NCBI RefSeq assembly: GCF_001194135.2 | Contig: NC_068981.1 | Location: forward strand, 88,365,851 to 88,425,958 | Length of the DNA: 60,108 nt | DNA from: Octopus bimaculoides | Taxonomy: Eukaryota | Reading direction: 5' to 3' | Part shown: in pieces, positions 37,674 to 51,273 of the stretch | Layout: the number at the start of each line of letters is the position of its first letter | How positions within the stretch are numbered: the stretch's first letter is position 1 | Made by a program: the position numbers and the translations under genes | The notes under the pieces: model-generated | Told to the model about the DNA's origin: nothing | The model's input: the letters and a program-made list of their open reading frames with translations, nothing else | Database searches by the model: none

Positions 37674-37899
37674 GTGAATGGTTTTTATGGTGCCAGTGGG
37701 GCAGCTGGTGCTATTCCATATCTTTATATCCAAGTGGCTCGGCAGTTTCACCAAAAACTCTGTGCATTTGAGCAACAAAAACGCATTCAGTTATATGAAT
37801 ACTATCGCAATAAATGGACATTTCATGTGAAAGGGCTTTGGTATTACATTTCAAAAGACCAGCTGCCGAGTCTGACTTTAATTGGTTCTTCAAATTTTG
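37674..37899 (+). CDS. PGS1: PGS1 exon containing the second HxK (HKD-like) catalytic motif
   Basis: Acceptor cttctctttacAG, donor G|GTgag. Reads VNGFYGASGAAGAIPYLYIQVARQF...YEYYRNKWTFHVKGLWYY...LPSLTLIGSSNF(G), versus remembered human VNGFFGAKGVAGAIP...WTFHAKGLW...LTLIGSPNFG. Phase 0 start, phase 1 end. Confidence 0.96.
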
Positions 37900-38512
37900 G
37901 TGAGTTTACTGTGTTCTATGTTGTAATAACTGTATTGAATAACTGTATTGACCAGTTTGTTTCCCTCTCTGTTAGGAGGCACAATCACTTACACACACAT
38001 GTACACACATGGCAGTAACTTCCGCCTACCAAATTCAATTACAAAGCTTCGGTTGGCCTGGGGCTATAGCAGAAGAGACTTGCCCAAGGTGCCACCAGCG
38101 TTACATCACACCAACCAAGTCACTCTTAGCTCCAATTTCATGGTGCTACATGAAACCATGTAGCTGGGAAGCAAGCTTCCTAACCACACAGCCATGCCTG
38201 CCATTTATATATATTGTAACAGTTTTACGGGGTGGGAGCGCTAAGCAGTGATGTGTATAAATGCAATGTTATTACCAGTTCTGTAACTGAAGAGGAGATA
38301 GCCACTCTGAAATGCTTGCATCTCACAGTCTGGATAGGTGGCGCTGCAAGCTGTTTTTGGTGTATTTATACCATTTGTCTACAGCGAGAAATTTTCTCCA
38401 TGACAAAACACAGTATATGGCTTGTTTATGAGTTTGAATGTGCCACAGGCATATTCGAACTGGTAATGACATTGCATGTAACAGTTTTGTTATTGTAGCT
38501 GTTGTTGTTTAA

Positions 38513-38730
38513 CCCTTCAGCATTCAGATTACTCTTTTAAATGTAACACTTATTTCACATTGTTTTGAATTAATCATGTTATATCTCATAGCTTTGAAAT
38601 GTTAATGATGTGAGTTCTTATTTTTAGAAAGACATTGTAGGGTAGGTGTAAGAGGCTAGATTTTGTCAATCTGAGCATAAAACAAGGGGGAATGTTTGGG
38701 CTGGATATGACCGGTTTAAATGCTACAGGG
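38513..38730. mobile_element. piggyBac-like MITE (family 1)
   Basis: TTAA|CCCTTCAGCATT ... AATGCTACAGGG|GTAA; homologous to 51274-51493. Confidence 0.75.
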
Positions 38731-38929
38731 GTAATCACAGGTCAATATTGGCAGAGCAGCTCTTTGATTTAAGGCATTTCAACCATGGCCATCCTGTCTT
38801 TTTTTTTTTATATATATTTAGGGTTACAGTGACTAATATACCCTTATTTTTTGTAAAATGATATTGTGTGTAGGATTTGAGGAGATTTGGCTGCTATTTT
38901 TAACATATCAAGAAACCATATAGAGGCTT

Positions 38930-39360
38930 TTATCTTTTATTTTTTATCTTGTTTCAGTCAATTGACTGTGGCCATGCTGGGGCACTGCCTTGAAGGATTT
39001 TAGTTGAATAAATCGACTCTAGGACTTATTTATTTAAGCCTAGTATTTATTTTATCGGTTTCTTTTGCTGAACCACTAAGTTATGGGGACATAAACACAT
39101 CAACATTGGTTGTCAAGAGGTAGTGGTGGGACAAACACAAAGACACACAGACACACACACTCACGCACACATGCACAACACAGACACACATACACATTTA
39201 TATATGATGGGCTTCTTTCAGTTACTATCACTAAATTCACTCACAAGGCTTTGGTTGGCCTGGGGCTATAGTAGAAGACACTTGCCAAAGGTCCACATAG
39301 AGGGATTGAACCCGAAACTATGTGGCTGGAAAGCAAGCTTCTTAACACACAGTCGCATCT
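38930..39360 (-). mobile_element. SINE family B1
   Basis: Full-length rc copy. Confidence 0.8.
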
Positions 39361-40509
39361 GCATTAATATTTTGTTTTGCTTAGAGGTGTCTTGCTTAGA
39401 GTTTATATATCAAAGAGAAGGATGTAGTGGATGTGTTGTTAGAGTAATTACAATATAACTATTCATATAACTCAATACTGTAAGAACCTCCTTTCAGTTT
39501 GGGTTTGCTGTATTAAAGAGAGAGGGGGAAGAGAGGATAAGTAGGAGGAAGGGCAGGAATGAATGAATGAATGAATGCCATCTTTTATATTATTAGATTT
39601 TTGTTTCAGTGAAATATAGTATAATAAATAGTAGCCTAAACCCACTAACATTGCTACAATGTTGAAGATGAGGTTGGTAAACTTTGTGGTGAAAATGCTA
39701 TCACCTTCTCATGAATGGCAACTGATAGTAACTCTGTTCAACCCTTAAAGGGGTGTATGCATAACTTTGTGCTTGCAGCCTACTGTCTCTGCTGCTTAGA
39801 GCAGTTGATGAGTGAAGCCCTAATGCCCAAATCATGCACGTGATATTTGCAGTACAACCATCTACAAATGACATGTACAACTTAGAAACTCTCTCAATAT
39901 CCCCTCAGGACATAAGCCTCATTGCTTAAGAAACTGTAGGCAATGAGTTTTACCTAAATGGTGTAGACATTGAGTAGCAGTGAAAGGAGTTTAGTTCACT
40001 GCAACAACTGATGCTGTATTTGTTTTGACAAGAATGAAAAACAAGTTAAAGTATAATTCCTTATCAGTTACTTATCTAACAGATAAGGTTTATTAATCTA
40101 TAATACTTTCGACTATCGTCTAATTGGTAGTTGAAATCCACTGTGTTTTGGCAGTACACTTAATTCTGTACACCTCAGTTGAACTTTGTTAGATCATTTG
40201 TGAATGTTAGCAGAGATGACTGGTGTTTTTTAAGTCATGGGGGGAACTGCATCTCTCACCCATGGTAATTCCATAAAAACTGGAGATAAGTACAGACCTT
40301 CAAAACCTCGTCAGTACTTAGCAGATGTTCATATATTTCATAGCATCTGATCATTGTCTACTCAAACTGGTTTTACATTATAAATGAAAGTTTGTTTTTT
40401 TTTCAAAATTTCCATTTTTATGTTTTAAATATTTTGACTCAAGACATAGAAGGAGATATTTTCTTTCTGTCATTTAAGCTTTCTAGTTTTATAATCTTTT
40501 TTTCTCTCT

Positions 40510-40730
40510 AAGGCTGTGAGCTGGCTGAATTGTTAGCATGCCAGGCAAAATGCTTAGTAGCTTTTCAACTGTCTCTATGTTCTGAGTTCAAATTCTGTCA
40601 ACACTGACTTTGCTTTCCATCCTTTGGGTTGATGAAATGAGCATCAGTTGAGTACTAGAATCAATGTAATTGACTAGCCCACCTTCCCTAAAAATTCCTG
40701 GCTTTGCTTGTTCTTATAGTAGAAAGGATT
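40510..40730 (+). mobile_element. SINE family A solo copy
   Basis: gtgagctggctgaattgttagcatgccaggc...ttctgagttcaaatt... Confidence 0.75.
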
Positions 40731-40785
40731 ATCATCTCACCCCACTCTCATACACTCTCTCTTTCTGTGTGTGTGAGAGAAAGAA

Positions 40786-40838
<53 letters not shown>

Positions 40839-41938
40839 AAAGTAAGGATGATATCCATTAAGTTAATTTTGCTATCAATGTTCTCCCACCTTAATGCTGT
40901 TTACAATTTCTTTGTTTATAAAATTGTTAGACTCAGTGTTTATTCTGAGGAATATTCTACCTTAATCCTCTTCACATCCCCAGCCTTCTGCCATGTTATC
41001 TTTCAATACCTCCAAATGCTTTCCTCTTATACCAAGTTTTATTTTATTTTTCCAAGAGGACTGGAATTTCTCTTGTGCACATAGTTAAGTCTTTAGGATA
41101 TAAATTAACTTCAAACACAATATCCCCTTTTTCTCACTCAATTTACTATTTTATTTATTTATTTTTCCTAAAAGACAGTTTTATATTTTCTATAATTTTT
41201 CCCCTCGTCTCACAGTTCTTTTTTTTATTATTTTAATTTAAAAAAATTTTTTTTCCCTTTCTCTCAACTCCACCCTTGCTGTGGTCCCTGTTGTCAACAT
41301 GTGTTCAGTCTTATCATAGTTAAGGTTTGTTATGCTGTCAACACTCATCTGTCAGCAACAACTGACAGGGAACAGGGAAAGATTCACAAGAAAGAATAAA
41401 AATTAAACATACAAAAAAGTTGTTCCTTTCACACTTCCTTACCTTTATTTATTTATGTTGTATTCATTTTATATTTAGCTTAACAAATAGATTCTATTTT
41501 TCTATGCTTCTTGCTTTAGCTGGCATTATGTTTGTGTGTGTGTGTGAGAGAGAGTGGATCCCTCAAAAGTAGTTATGAACAGATGGATGGATTGATAGAT
41601 TGTCAGGGTAGATAAATTACTGCTTAAGCATTTGGTTATTGATATCTTCACACCAATGTCTCTGTTCATAAAATTGAAGACACTCCCCTAGGAGTTTTGT
41701 AGTAATTAAAATGACAAGCTGAACTTATTGTGTGATTTTAATGAAGAAATAAATCCTAATAAAAAAACTCACCGATAATTTAAGAAGCCTCTATGCCATT
41801 ACTCCAACTACAAGACATAGCTGACAACTATCCCTCAGTTTATACTCTGCCTTCAATGTATAGTCCTTGATAAATACAAAGTGACTGGATGGTCATAATT
41901 GGAATGCCTTTGGTTGTAGGTCTGATCTGAGTCTATAT

Positions 41939-42218
41939 CTGTGGTTCTCGACCATTTTTTTCCTATAAACCCCTTTGATTCCTATTTTGCTCTACTGGAC
42001 CTATGTGACCATTCGCTGTATATAAAAGAAATATTACTGTATTTTTGTAATTAAATATTATTAGGAATTGCATTAAAAAAAATGTTTAAATATTTTGTGT
42101 ATTGTAGAAGTATAAGCAATTTACTGAACATGAATTTTTAACAACAAAATCTTATTTGGACCCCCAAAGGGTCATGTGGACCCTGAAGGGCCATGTGGAG
42201 CCTAGTTCAGAACCACTA
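41939..42218. mobile_element. hAT/Charlie-like MITE
   Basis: C(T)GTGGTTCTCGACC ... AGTTCAGAACCACT(A); flanks gtctatat/atctaaac fit an nTCTAnAn target. Confidence 0.65.
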
Positions 42219-42364
42219 ATCTAAACAGTGACAATATTAGCATAAATGGCTTTGAAAAACGATTAAAAAAACTCAAAACAAACAAACATATAAGCCACCA
42301 ACAAAAGCTAATACTGTTTGGTAAAAAAGAATAATAGAAAATTCTCAAATACTTACCTTTACCT

Positions 42365-42470
42365 TTTACGTGTTTGTCATTTTCACACCAACATCAGTTG
42401 TCAAGTGGTGGTGGGGGACAGACACAAAGGCACACACACGTAGATTTGTACATATTTACATGTGTGTGTC

Positions 42471-42515
<45 letters not shown>

Positions 42516-42670
42516 GTATGTATGTATATACGACAAGCTTCTTTCAGTTTCTGTATACCAAATCCATTCACAGGGCTTTGGTCAGCTTGAGGCAATAGTA
42601 GAAGACACTTGCCCAAGATGCCATACAGTAGGACTGAACCTGGAACCATGTGGTTGGGAAGCAAGCCTAG
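42365..42670 (-). mobile_element. SINE family B1 (partial)
   Basis: rc head and body. Confidence 0.8.
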
Positions 42671-42779
42671 ATTTATCAACAAATGATTTGGCTTTTTCAT
42701 GGAAAAGATTTGTACTATTGTATGATTTTTACTCTTTGGTAATAATTACTAAGGCTTGTGTTGCTCAAACCACAATTAT

Positions 42780-42990
42780 GCGTGTGTGTTTGTGTTTGTC
42801 CCCCACCACCTCTTGACAACTGGTGATGGCTTGTTCACATCCTCATTACTTAGTGGTTTGGCAAAAGAAACCAATAGAATAAGCATCAGACTTTAAAATA
42901 AATACTGGGCTCAATTTGTTTAATAGACCCTTCAAGGCAATGCCCCAGCATGGCCGCAGCCCAATGACTGAAACATGTAAAAGATGAAAA
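42780..42990 (+). mobile_element. SINE family B1 3' half
   Basis: gtgtttgtccccaccacctcttgacaac...gactgaaacatgtaaaaga. Confidence 0.75.
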
Positions 42991-43148
42991 ATACTAAAAT
43001 AAATTCAAATAATGACATTCCTCCTTTATGAATTTACATCCTTATTTCAATTAAGAAATCATTATTTTAATAGAAGACTTGTAATTAGTTGAAGAAATGA
43101 ACCAGAAGTGACCACATCTCAGACAGAAAGATTTAAGCATATACATTA

Positions 43149-45750
43149 CACTGGGCAGCAAAAGAAAATTTTTGTCATGCAATTTAAACTTTTTCAGATG
43201 ATTTAGGGTAATTTTAGGGTGCTGAATTCGAATCTGACATCAGTGTTCAGACAGCATGTGTAATTTTTTAGTTATTCACAGCATCAGATTTTCCAACCAA
43301 TTGATAATATTAACAAAGTAGTAAGCTATTTGCTTTCGATTTTCATTCATATACTCATCACTGAAACAAAAATAAGTGCTGATAGAGGGAAATGTAGGCT
43401 ACCTGTTAAATTTCCACACAAGATGAGAATTTATTTTACTTTGTTATCGTTGGAATTATAGTAAAGTTCTCCTCACAGTAAGCTATTGATATTAGGTTAT
43501 AGTAAGCCACTCAGACTCCCTTTTCTTGATAACTGCTAGTGCTGTTAAAACAAAATACATTATATAAGACAGCTAGGTTACATGAAAAGTAGTTTAGTAG
43601 TAAGTTTAGTTATTTATTAAAGTGATCAATGTTTGAAATTTTGAGATGAAAAAAACAGTACATTCTATAATTTCAATGATTTTTTTTGAGAAATATATTT
43701 TGATGTTTTACAGTAACATTTACAGTTGATAAATTTTATATTTTAGTTTACTGATAGGCTTCCTTTAGTGTTGATTTAGGTTATTAATGTATGTATTTAT
43801 GATGAGCAGAAAAGTTTGTGTCAATCACCCAGACAGCTTTTGTTACATGTGTGGAAAATTTACACCAAAAGATCAAAGAAATAAGCATACAAAGAAATTT
43901 TTAAATGCTTACAAGTTTTACTTTGGGTGCAAAGTTGGGGACCAAGATAAACTGTGGGCACCTCATATTTGTTGCAAAAACTGCTACATAGCACTAACCC
44001 AATGACTGAATGGTAAATGGAAAAGTATGCCATTTGCATTACCAATGATATGGCGCGAACCAACAAACCAGTATACTGGTTGTTATTTCTGCTTAACTAA
44101 CATCACTGGTTTCTCTAAGAAGAACAAATCCAAGATTGATTATCCAGATTGCCCTTCAGTTTTAAAACCAGTTGTTTATGCTGCTGAAAATATTCCAATT
44201 TCAGAACCTCCTTCATCTTTTGACAAAGTTTAAGTGAAGAAAGTACTGCATCTACTTCAATTGAAGTCATGTCAAGTGATACAGCAGATCATTGTGATGA
44301 ACCAGGATCTTCAAAAAAAAGTTCCTTATTTATTAAGTGAACTTGAGTTAAATGATTTAGAAACTTGGGTTTAACAAAAGAAAATTCAGAACTACTGAGC
44401 TCCAGGTTGAAACAATGGAATCATGATGGTGTAAAATGCTCGTATTTTCGAAAACAGCATACAGAATTGTATGAATTTTTTATGGAGAAGGACGGTATTT
44501 GTTTTTGCTGTGATGTTGAAGGACTCCTATGTGAGATGGGGTACGGCCATAATCCTGAACAATGGAGAGTCTTCGTAGATTCCAGCAAAGCAAGCCTAAA
44601 AGCTGTTTTGCTGCATAATGGCAATCAAAAACCTTCAATACCACTAGCACATGCTGTAGGATTAAAGGAAACTTATGAATCAATGGATTAAATTTTGCAC
44701 TTGATTAAATATTCTGAGTACAAGTGGAATATATGCGGGGACTTGAAAGTTATTAGTTTGCTTCTTGGGTTGCAAATGGAGTATACAAAGCATCAGTGCT
44801 TTTTGTGTCTTTGGAACAGCAGATGATGAAAAAGAATGGCCAAAGAGAAGTGATTTCACTCCAGGGAGATACAACATTAAATATATCCCTTTAGTTGACC
44901 CTCAGAAGATTTACCTTCCTCCCTTACACATTAAACTTGGCTTGTTTAAGAATTTTGTTAAGGGCATGAATGAAGACGGTGAAGGATTCAAATATCTCAG
45001 TGAAAAATTTGTTTCTGGCAAGAGTGAAGCTAAGATCAAAGCTGGTGTTTTTAATGGACCAGAAATTCACACACTAAGTTGTGATGAGCTTTTTCAAGAA
45101 AAATTAAGCCCAATAGAAAAAACTGCTTAGGAAATGTTTGTTTCTCTTGTAAAAATTTTTTTGGGAAATGAAAAATCATCTAACTACGTTGTAATTGTGA
45201 ATGATTTTTTGAAAGCTTATAAGCAATTTGGGGCAAGAATGTCTCTAAAAATCCTTTTTCTCCACTCTCATCTTGACTTTTTCCCCACCCTATATGGGTG
45301 ATGTAAGTGATGAGTATGGTGAATGATTTCATCAAGAAATAAAAGAGCTAGAAAGCTGCTACAGTGGCAGACTTGCACCAAACATGCTGACAGACTACTG
45401 CTGGTTTTTAAAACGAGAAATGGACATGCAACATAAGCGTGAAAGAAGATGCCAAAGCTATTTTTGAAAGACATAAAATTAATAATATTCACTTTGCATT
45501 TTAGTTTTGCATTTTATTGGTTTCAGAGCTACTTATCCACCTAGTTTCTATTGTTCTTATTCCAAATAATGGTAATTTACACTTAACATAACATTCATTT
45601 TATTTGTCATGAATTTTCACATTATTGTAATTTTGAAAGCAGTATAATAATGATAGTGCAGAAATGTGATTGCAGATTTGGAATCAACACTCCCAAATTA
45701 CCTATTAGCACAATTTTGTCTAATAGCAGCAATAATTTTGTTGCCTAGTG
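43149..45750 (+). mobile_element. Full-length decayed Chapaev3-type (CMC superfamily) DNA transposon
   Basis: TIRs CACTGGGCAGCAAAA and (rc) CACTAGGCAACAAAA. Matching subterminal motifs AGGGTAATTTTAGGGTGCTGAATTCGAATCTG and (rc) AGGTAATTTGGGAGTGTTGATTCCAAATCTG. 3 bp flanks TTA/TTG. Internal transposase relic. Confidence 0.8.
43787..45470 (+). pseudogene. Chapaev3-like DDE transposase, broken by stops and frameshifts
   Basis: Fragments HPDSFCYMCG..GDQDKLWAPHICCKNC, MPFALPMIWREP..CYFC, WRVFVDSSKASLKAVLLHNGN, ICGDLK, LPPLHIKLGLFKNFVK, FLHSHLDFFP, SDEYGE*FHQ, MLTDYCW. Confidence 0.85.
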
Positions 45751-46029
45751 TTGTCAATATACTGTATTCTGTACTTGAAAAAATAAATCTACAGTATTTT
45801 GTTCAATATTGCTGACTCCTCCTTTTGAGAAATATCATAGATAACTCCAAATAGGCTTGGCCCCAGGTGGCTGTGAGTATATTTTACGGGGAAAACTTTT
45901 GCCAATTCAAGAGAGGAATTAATTATTATTAAGAGATTTCACTGATAGAATTGACTTTATCTTTCATCCCTCCCAGTGTCAATAAAATAGTGCCTGGCTT
46001 GTACCGAAAGTTGATTCAATCAACTATGT

Positions 46030-46650
46030 ACCCCCTCCCTCATACACTCCTCTGAAAATCTTCTTTGTGCCAGTGGGAGAAATCATTATTTGGTTTGTTT
46101 GGAAACATGTGGGGAAAAGTACCAAGATGAATGTTGGATGTGTTAAAGACTATGAAATCATTTACAAACAGTCTCAGAATAATGTTGAATAGAGGGTGGT
46201 GAGCGAGATGAGATAGAAGTAGTTGGACCAGTTTCAAGTCCTTTCAAGGTTTGATAGAATAGCTGTGTTACAATTTTACTATAGCCTTGAATCTCCTCCT
46301 CCTCCTCTGTGTTTTCTCACTGAACAGGTAAACCAAATTTGAGAGATAGTCAAGGGCAACACTGCTAGATAAAATTAGACCAGTATTTTCAAAGTGAGTC
46401 TTCTGGCCCTTAGGTATTATTTAACTGGGTATTGATTGAAAACATTTCTAAGGAGGCACTGAGTTTATTATTAATTTCTTTGAGAATCCACGTGAGTATG
46501 AATATGAAGAAGGAATGTCGAATGAATGAAGAAAGGGAACCCTCAAAAAGGTCGAGAAATATCCAGCTTTAATTGGGCAATATGCCATCAGTAAGTAGCT
46601 GTTGTTGATTTGATAGATAGAGACACACTACTGGATATTATCTAATTATT
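46030..46650 (-). mobile_element. Old CR1/L2/Jockey-type LINE RT relic
   Basis: Minus strand VALDY.. (cf. VALDISKAFD) and PLFNIILRLFVNDFIVFNTSNIH (cf. PTLFLLFINDL..TSNPIH). Heavily degenerate. Confidence 0.35.
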
Positions 46651-47274
46651 TCAAGGTGCCAAATGAATACCTAATACTAATTAAATTCCTATCTTCTACA
46701 TTTTGTCAAATTATTTTTATAACCCTTTTTTTTTCATGCTTTCTTTTTTTACATATACTTCAATGCTAACATGAATGAGATTTTTGTTGGAATAGTTTTT
46801 TTTCTCTCACTTCACTTTCTTTCTCTTTCCCCTTTTTTTGTTTCTTTTTTGTTTTTACCATTGCTAAAAACACTGTAGCTTTTTCCTAAATCTTACCATT
46901 GAATTTAATTATGAAATAGGAGAGGATCACTTTCAGCATTCAGACAGATGGTGAAGAGCTATATTAATTGAACAGGCAGACATCATTAAACTAAAACTAT
47001 AGTGAAGCATGAAGTCATGATTCATATCTAGCAGTCTAGAAGTCCAGTGTATTAATCTTAGAGGTTTATCCTTTGTGTGTAAATATTTTAATAATATGAG
47101 GAATTCCAAGTGGTTTCATGAACTAAGTAGAGAGTGCTCAATATGTTATGCTGAGTAAATATTTTATCAAAGTATATCGACAAAGGCCTGCTATATGTAG
47201 GTTTTGAGATAAACACTGCAAAAGTGGGTGAGCAATGTGTTTGTTGTAGGCTCAGTGTGTGTGTATGTGTGTGC

Positions 47275-47312
<38 letters not shown>

Positions 47313-48064
47313 AGAAAGGCACCTAGCTGCAGAAACAATGCCAAAACAGATACAGGAGCTCAAGGCAGTCATCTGGCTCATTGGATCTTGTCAAACTGTC
47401 TGACTCATGCTAGCATGGGTCAGACAAAATTTAAATAAGGATTATGATGATATAGACACATATGCATACATACATATATACATGTATGTACACACACATA
47501 CACACACACACCACACGCATCACACATGCCAACCCTCCCACCACACACACATACACACAGCTGGTTTCCATACAGTTTCTATTTACCAAATTTCAATGAG
47601 AAGGCACTGGTCTATTTGAAGCTATAATAAAAGGCACTTCCTCAAGATGCCACTCAGTGGAGTTGAACCCAACACCATATGTGTCATTTCTTTGCCTAAT
47701 CAACCAGAGCCAACAAGAGAGCCTAACCTGCTAAGAATAATAGCCAAATCTCTTTCAAATCCATTGGAAAAAAAAGAAAAATGGATGACCTACACAATGC
47801 TGAGTTACCTTTGATCACATGTCTGCTTGAAAAAAGCTGGACCTAGAGTTAAACTAACAACAACAACAGCAATTATAATCTTCATAGTGCATTCGTTCCT
47901 TTTGAATTGTTTTCCTTTTGAGATGTGTTTTATTCCCTTTAACAGGTCATAATCAATAACACACATCTGCTTTTGGTGGCTATTCTCCAAAGTTAAATCT
48001 AATCTTCTAGCATTGCATGTGGTATTCAGCATCCATTCACTTTTTATTCAGTGTTCTTTACTCT

Positions 48065-48162
<98 letters not shown>

Positions 48163-48324
48163 ATAGATTAAGAAATAGAAAGTCCTTGGTACAATATTAT
48201 ATTTTTGGAAAAATGAATAGAAATGACTTTTCTGAGAGTTTTTCCACTTCATTAATTAGATGATGTTCATGAATTATTAAAGTGGAAAAATTATCAGAAA
48301 AGCCATTTCTATCCAATTTTTAAA

Positions 48325-48459
48325 AATATGTGGTAAGTAGCTTGCTTACCAACCACATGGCACCTGCGTGGCACCTTGGGCAAGTGTATTCTTCTATAGC
48401 CTTGGGCAGACAAAAGCCTTGTGAGTGGGTTTGGTAGATGGAAACTGAAAGAAGCCCCT

Positions 48460-48516
<57 letters not shown>

Positions 48517-48550
48517 ATTTGTGTGTCTGTGTTTGTCTCCCCACCTTCGT
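48325..48550 (+). mobile_element. SINE family B 5' part
   Basis: gtggtaagtagcttgcttaccaaccacatgg...ggcaccttgggcaagtg. Confidence 0.8.
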
Positions 48551-49981
48551 CAGATCAGGCTACTTACCGTGAATTCTAACCAGTCATCTTGTGGCAATAT
48601 CATTCCATATTATTGAAAGTTCCACATGCTCCTGCACAAATGAGTGTTATAAAAGTAGAAGTGCAGGCAAATACACTAAAGGTAGATGCACAGCAAAGAT
48701 AACTAATCCTTAAAAAGACTGTTTCCTTGGTTGCTGCTCAACTTTAGGTTAAAAGAATCAACTATGGAGAGCAGAGCATTTTGTCACCTCTTGAAGCAAT
48801 TCTTAGCAATTATTAATTCAACTATGAGCTTCATATTTACTACTGGCAGATTGCAATACAACCCTGGCAAGTAGCTGTATAATTATGTAAATATTGTGAT
48901 ATGCACATGTATAGATAAATGTTTATCAAACACAGTTTGAAGTTGGTTTTAATACGGGGCAGCACATAGCCTAAACATAATACCAATTAATCGAGATCCA
49001 TCTAGCCAATCCGACATTATTAAACTGGTGTTTGGAACATAATTTAACATGAAATTTTGAGGGAAGATTTTAACTTAGATCACTTTATAGCAGGAAATTT
49101 GCACTAAAGGGCCAAAGTTGACCTCAAGTGGGTTTGTACCAAAAGTGTTTATGTGTAGTTAGTTTGATAAACCAAACAACTGAATGCTGAAACTGATGGA
49201 AAATGTTTCAACTCAATGAACTGCAGACATCTTGAAGAATTTTGCATTCTTATTTGAGGATAATCTGGCACTTTGTTTCAAACTTGTCAAAACATAAATT
49301 ATGAGATTCTGCCTATTAGAATGATTTCTCAAAGGACTGTCACTTCCTGTTTAACCATGCATAGTAAAATTTATTGATTCCATCATTCTACATTTTGGTT
49401 GGCTTGCTTCCATTTGTTGTTAAGTGAATTACATTCTTAACTATGCATGTTCTACATTGTCTGCTTAGATGCAAAGTAAGGAGTGGAGAGAAGGAGAGAA
49501 AGAGTGTGTGTTCAGACCATATTCAATCTGTGTATATTCATTGCCTTTCAGGAAGTTAAAAGTGCTTCACTGCTAACCATATAGTCATAAGTTCAAATCT
49601 TATTCTGTGTTGTAGTCACCCCTGAGCAAGTTAGATAACTCTGCCTTCCCCCAGTTTGGTTTTCAAAAGTAGATTTCCCTCTTCTTTCATAGTTCAGTAA
49701 TGAGGATAGGAATGGCATTATCTATGAAAGCAAATGTGAAGTAAAAGAAAGACAAAACAATTATTTGTTTTTCTTTTTCCTCACTGGTCAACCAACTGAC
49801 CAATTATACTCATGTAAACATGGAGACAGCTGTAACACAATATGTGTGTGTGTGTGTGTAATTATAATTATTACATTGCTTGGAAACAAGTGAAGGCTGG
49901 TTGATCACAGGAAATCTTCCTCGACAAATATCATCTGATCCATGCAAACATGGGAAAGTTGATGTTAAAATCGTGATGATA

Positions 49982-50014
<33 letters not shown>

Positions 50015-50018
<4 letters not shown>

Positions 50019-50425
50019 TGGCTGTGTGGTAAGTAGCTTGCTTACCAACCATATGGTTCCGGGTTCAGTCCCACTGCGTGGCACCTTAGGCAAGTGTCTA
50101 CTACTATAGCCTCGGGCTGACCAAAGCCTTGTGAGTGGATTTGGTAGACGGAAACTGAAAGAAGCCTGTCGTATATATGTATATATATATGTGTGTATGT
50201 GTGTGTGTCTGTGTTTGTCCCCCCACCAATGCTTGAGAACCGATGGTGGTGTGTTTACATTCTCGTAACCTAGCGGTTCGGCAAAAAGAGACCGATAGAA
50301 TAAGTACTAGGCTTACAAAAAATAAGTCCTGGGGTCGATTTTCTCGACTAAAGACGGTGCTCCAGCATGGCCGCAGTCAAATGACTGAAACAAGTAAAAG
50401 AGTAAAAGAGTAAAGAGTAAAGAGT
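50015..50425 (+). mobile_element. Young SINE family B1 with (AAAGAGT)n tail
   Basis: CpGs retained, full length, ends 175 bp before the PGS1 exon at 50600. Confidence 0.88.
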
Positions 50426-50599
50426 ATGTACGTATGTTGTACGTATAGTTCAACATACATTCATATGAGCATACACATACACACCCTCATTCATGAATAC
50501 ATGTGTGAAGTTGCTTCAATTGTTTTATATCCATTATTTTTCCATGCATGTAAAACAGCCACTTTTCCAACAAAATCTTATTTCTTATTTCTTTCACAG

Positions 50600-50682
50600 G
50601 TTATCGGTCAGTCTATCGTGATCTGGAATGCCAGTTAGCTATAATTACGAAAAATGAAAATTTAAGGCAACAGTTACGTCAG
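50600..50682 (+). CDS. PGS1: PGS1 penultimate coding exon
   Basis: Acceptor tttctttcacAG, donor CAG|GTaaat. Phase 1 start completes Gly, then YRSVYRDLECQLAIITKNENLRQQLRQ (remembered human YRSVHRDLEAQIAIVTENQALQQQLHQ). Confidence 0.95.
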
Positions 50683-50896
50683 GTAAATATACTTAAATCA
50701 AATAATTTCTTCTTTAATTGTAAAGGTAGCCATCATTATCATCATCATTGTTGTCAACATTATCCTCATTGTTTTAGTATCTGATTTTCTGTTCTAATGT
50801 TTGCATGGATGGGGCTGCCATGCACCATATTTCCATATACCCCAAACTTCATTTATTTGGGTAAATATAATTTCTTCACATGTGAATATCCTAGAC

Positions 50897-51190
50897 CAGT
50901 GGTTCCCAACTGGGGTCCATAAAAGACTTTCGGGGGTCCACACAACAAAACAGTACATTAGAGATCCACAATAATATTTTAAGGGCCCCTGAAAAAATTT
51001 TGCTTTTGATGTATGTATTGGTATGTATTGCAAGAAACAGCTGGGTTTCTTTCTCTAACATTTTACACAGTTCAACTTACAAAAGTTGATGTATGAAAAA
51101 CAAAATAGGGGTTTTGAAAGAAGTTTTTAGAAAACTAGTTTTTAAACATTGAATGGCTATGGGGGTCCACTAGAATAAAATAGTAATAAA
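50897..51190. mobile_element. hAT/Charlie-like element, left end only
   Basis: tcctagac|CAGTGGTTCCCAACTGGGGTCC...; no right TIR found. Confidence 0.6.
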
Positions 51191-51273
51191 CCCAGTGTCT
51201 TGTAAAACGGGTCCTCTTCAAGTGAGGTATTACTGTATTTTTTTTTTTCTGTTTATCACTTTGATATATTTAA

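Noticed and set aside
43787-45130. Several separate small genes in the ORF track
   Set aside because: They are consecutive fragments of one broken transposase; for example 43787-44005 and 44027-44233 are in the same frame, separated by a TGA.
48568-48631. Minus-strand exon with a good acceptor (tttgtgcAG) and donor (GTAAGT)
   Set aside because: All three frames contain stops and no partner exons were found; a non-coding exon cannot be excluded.
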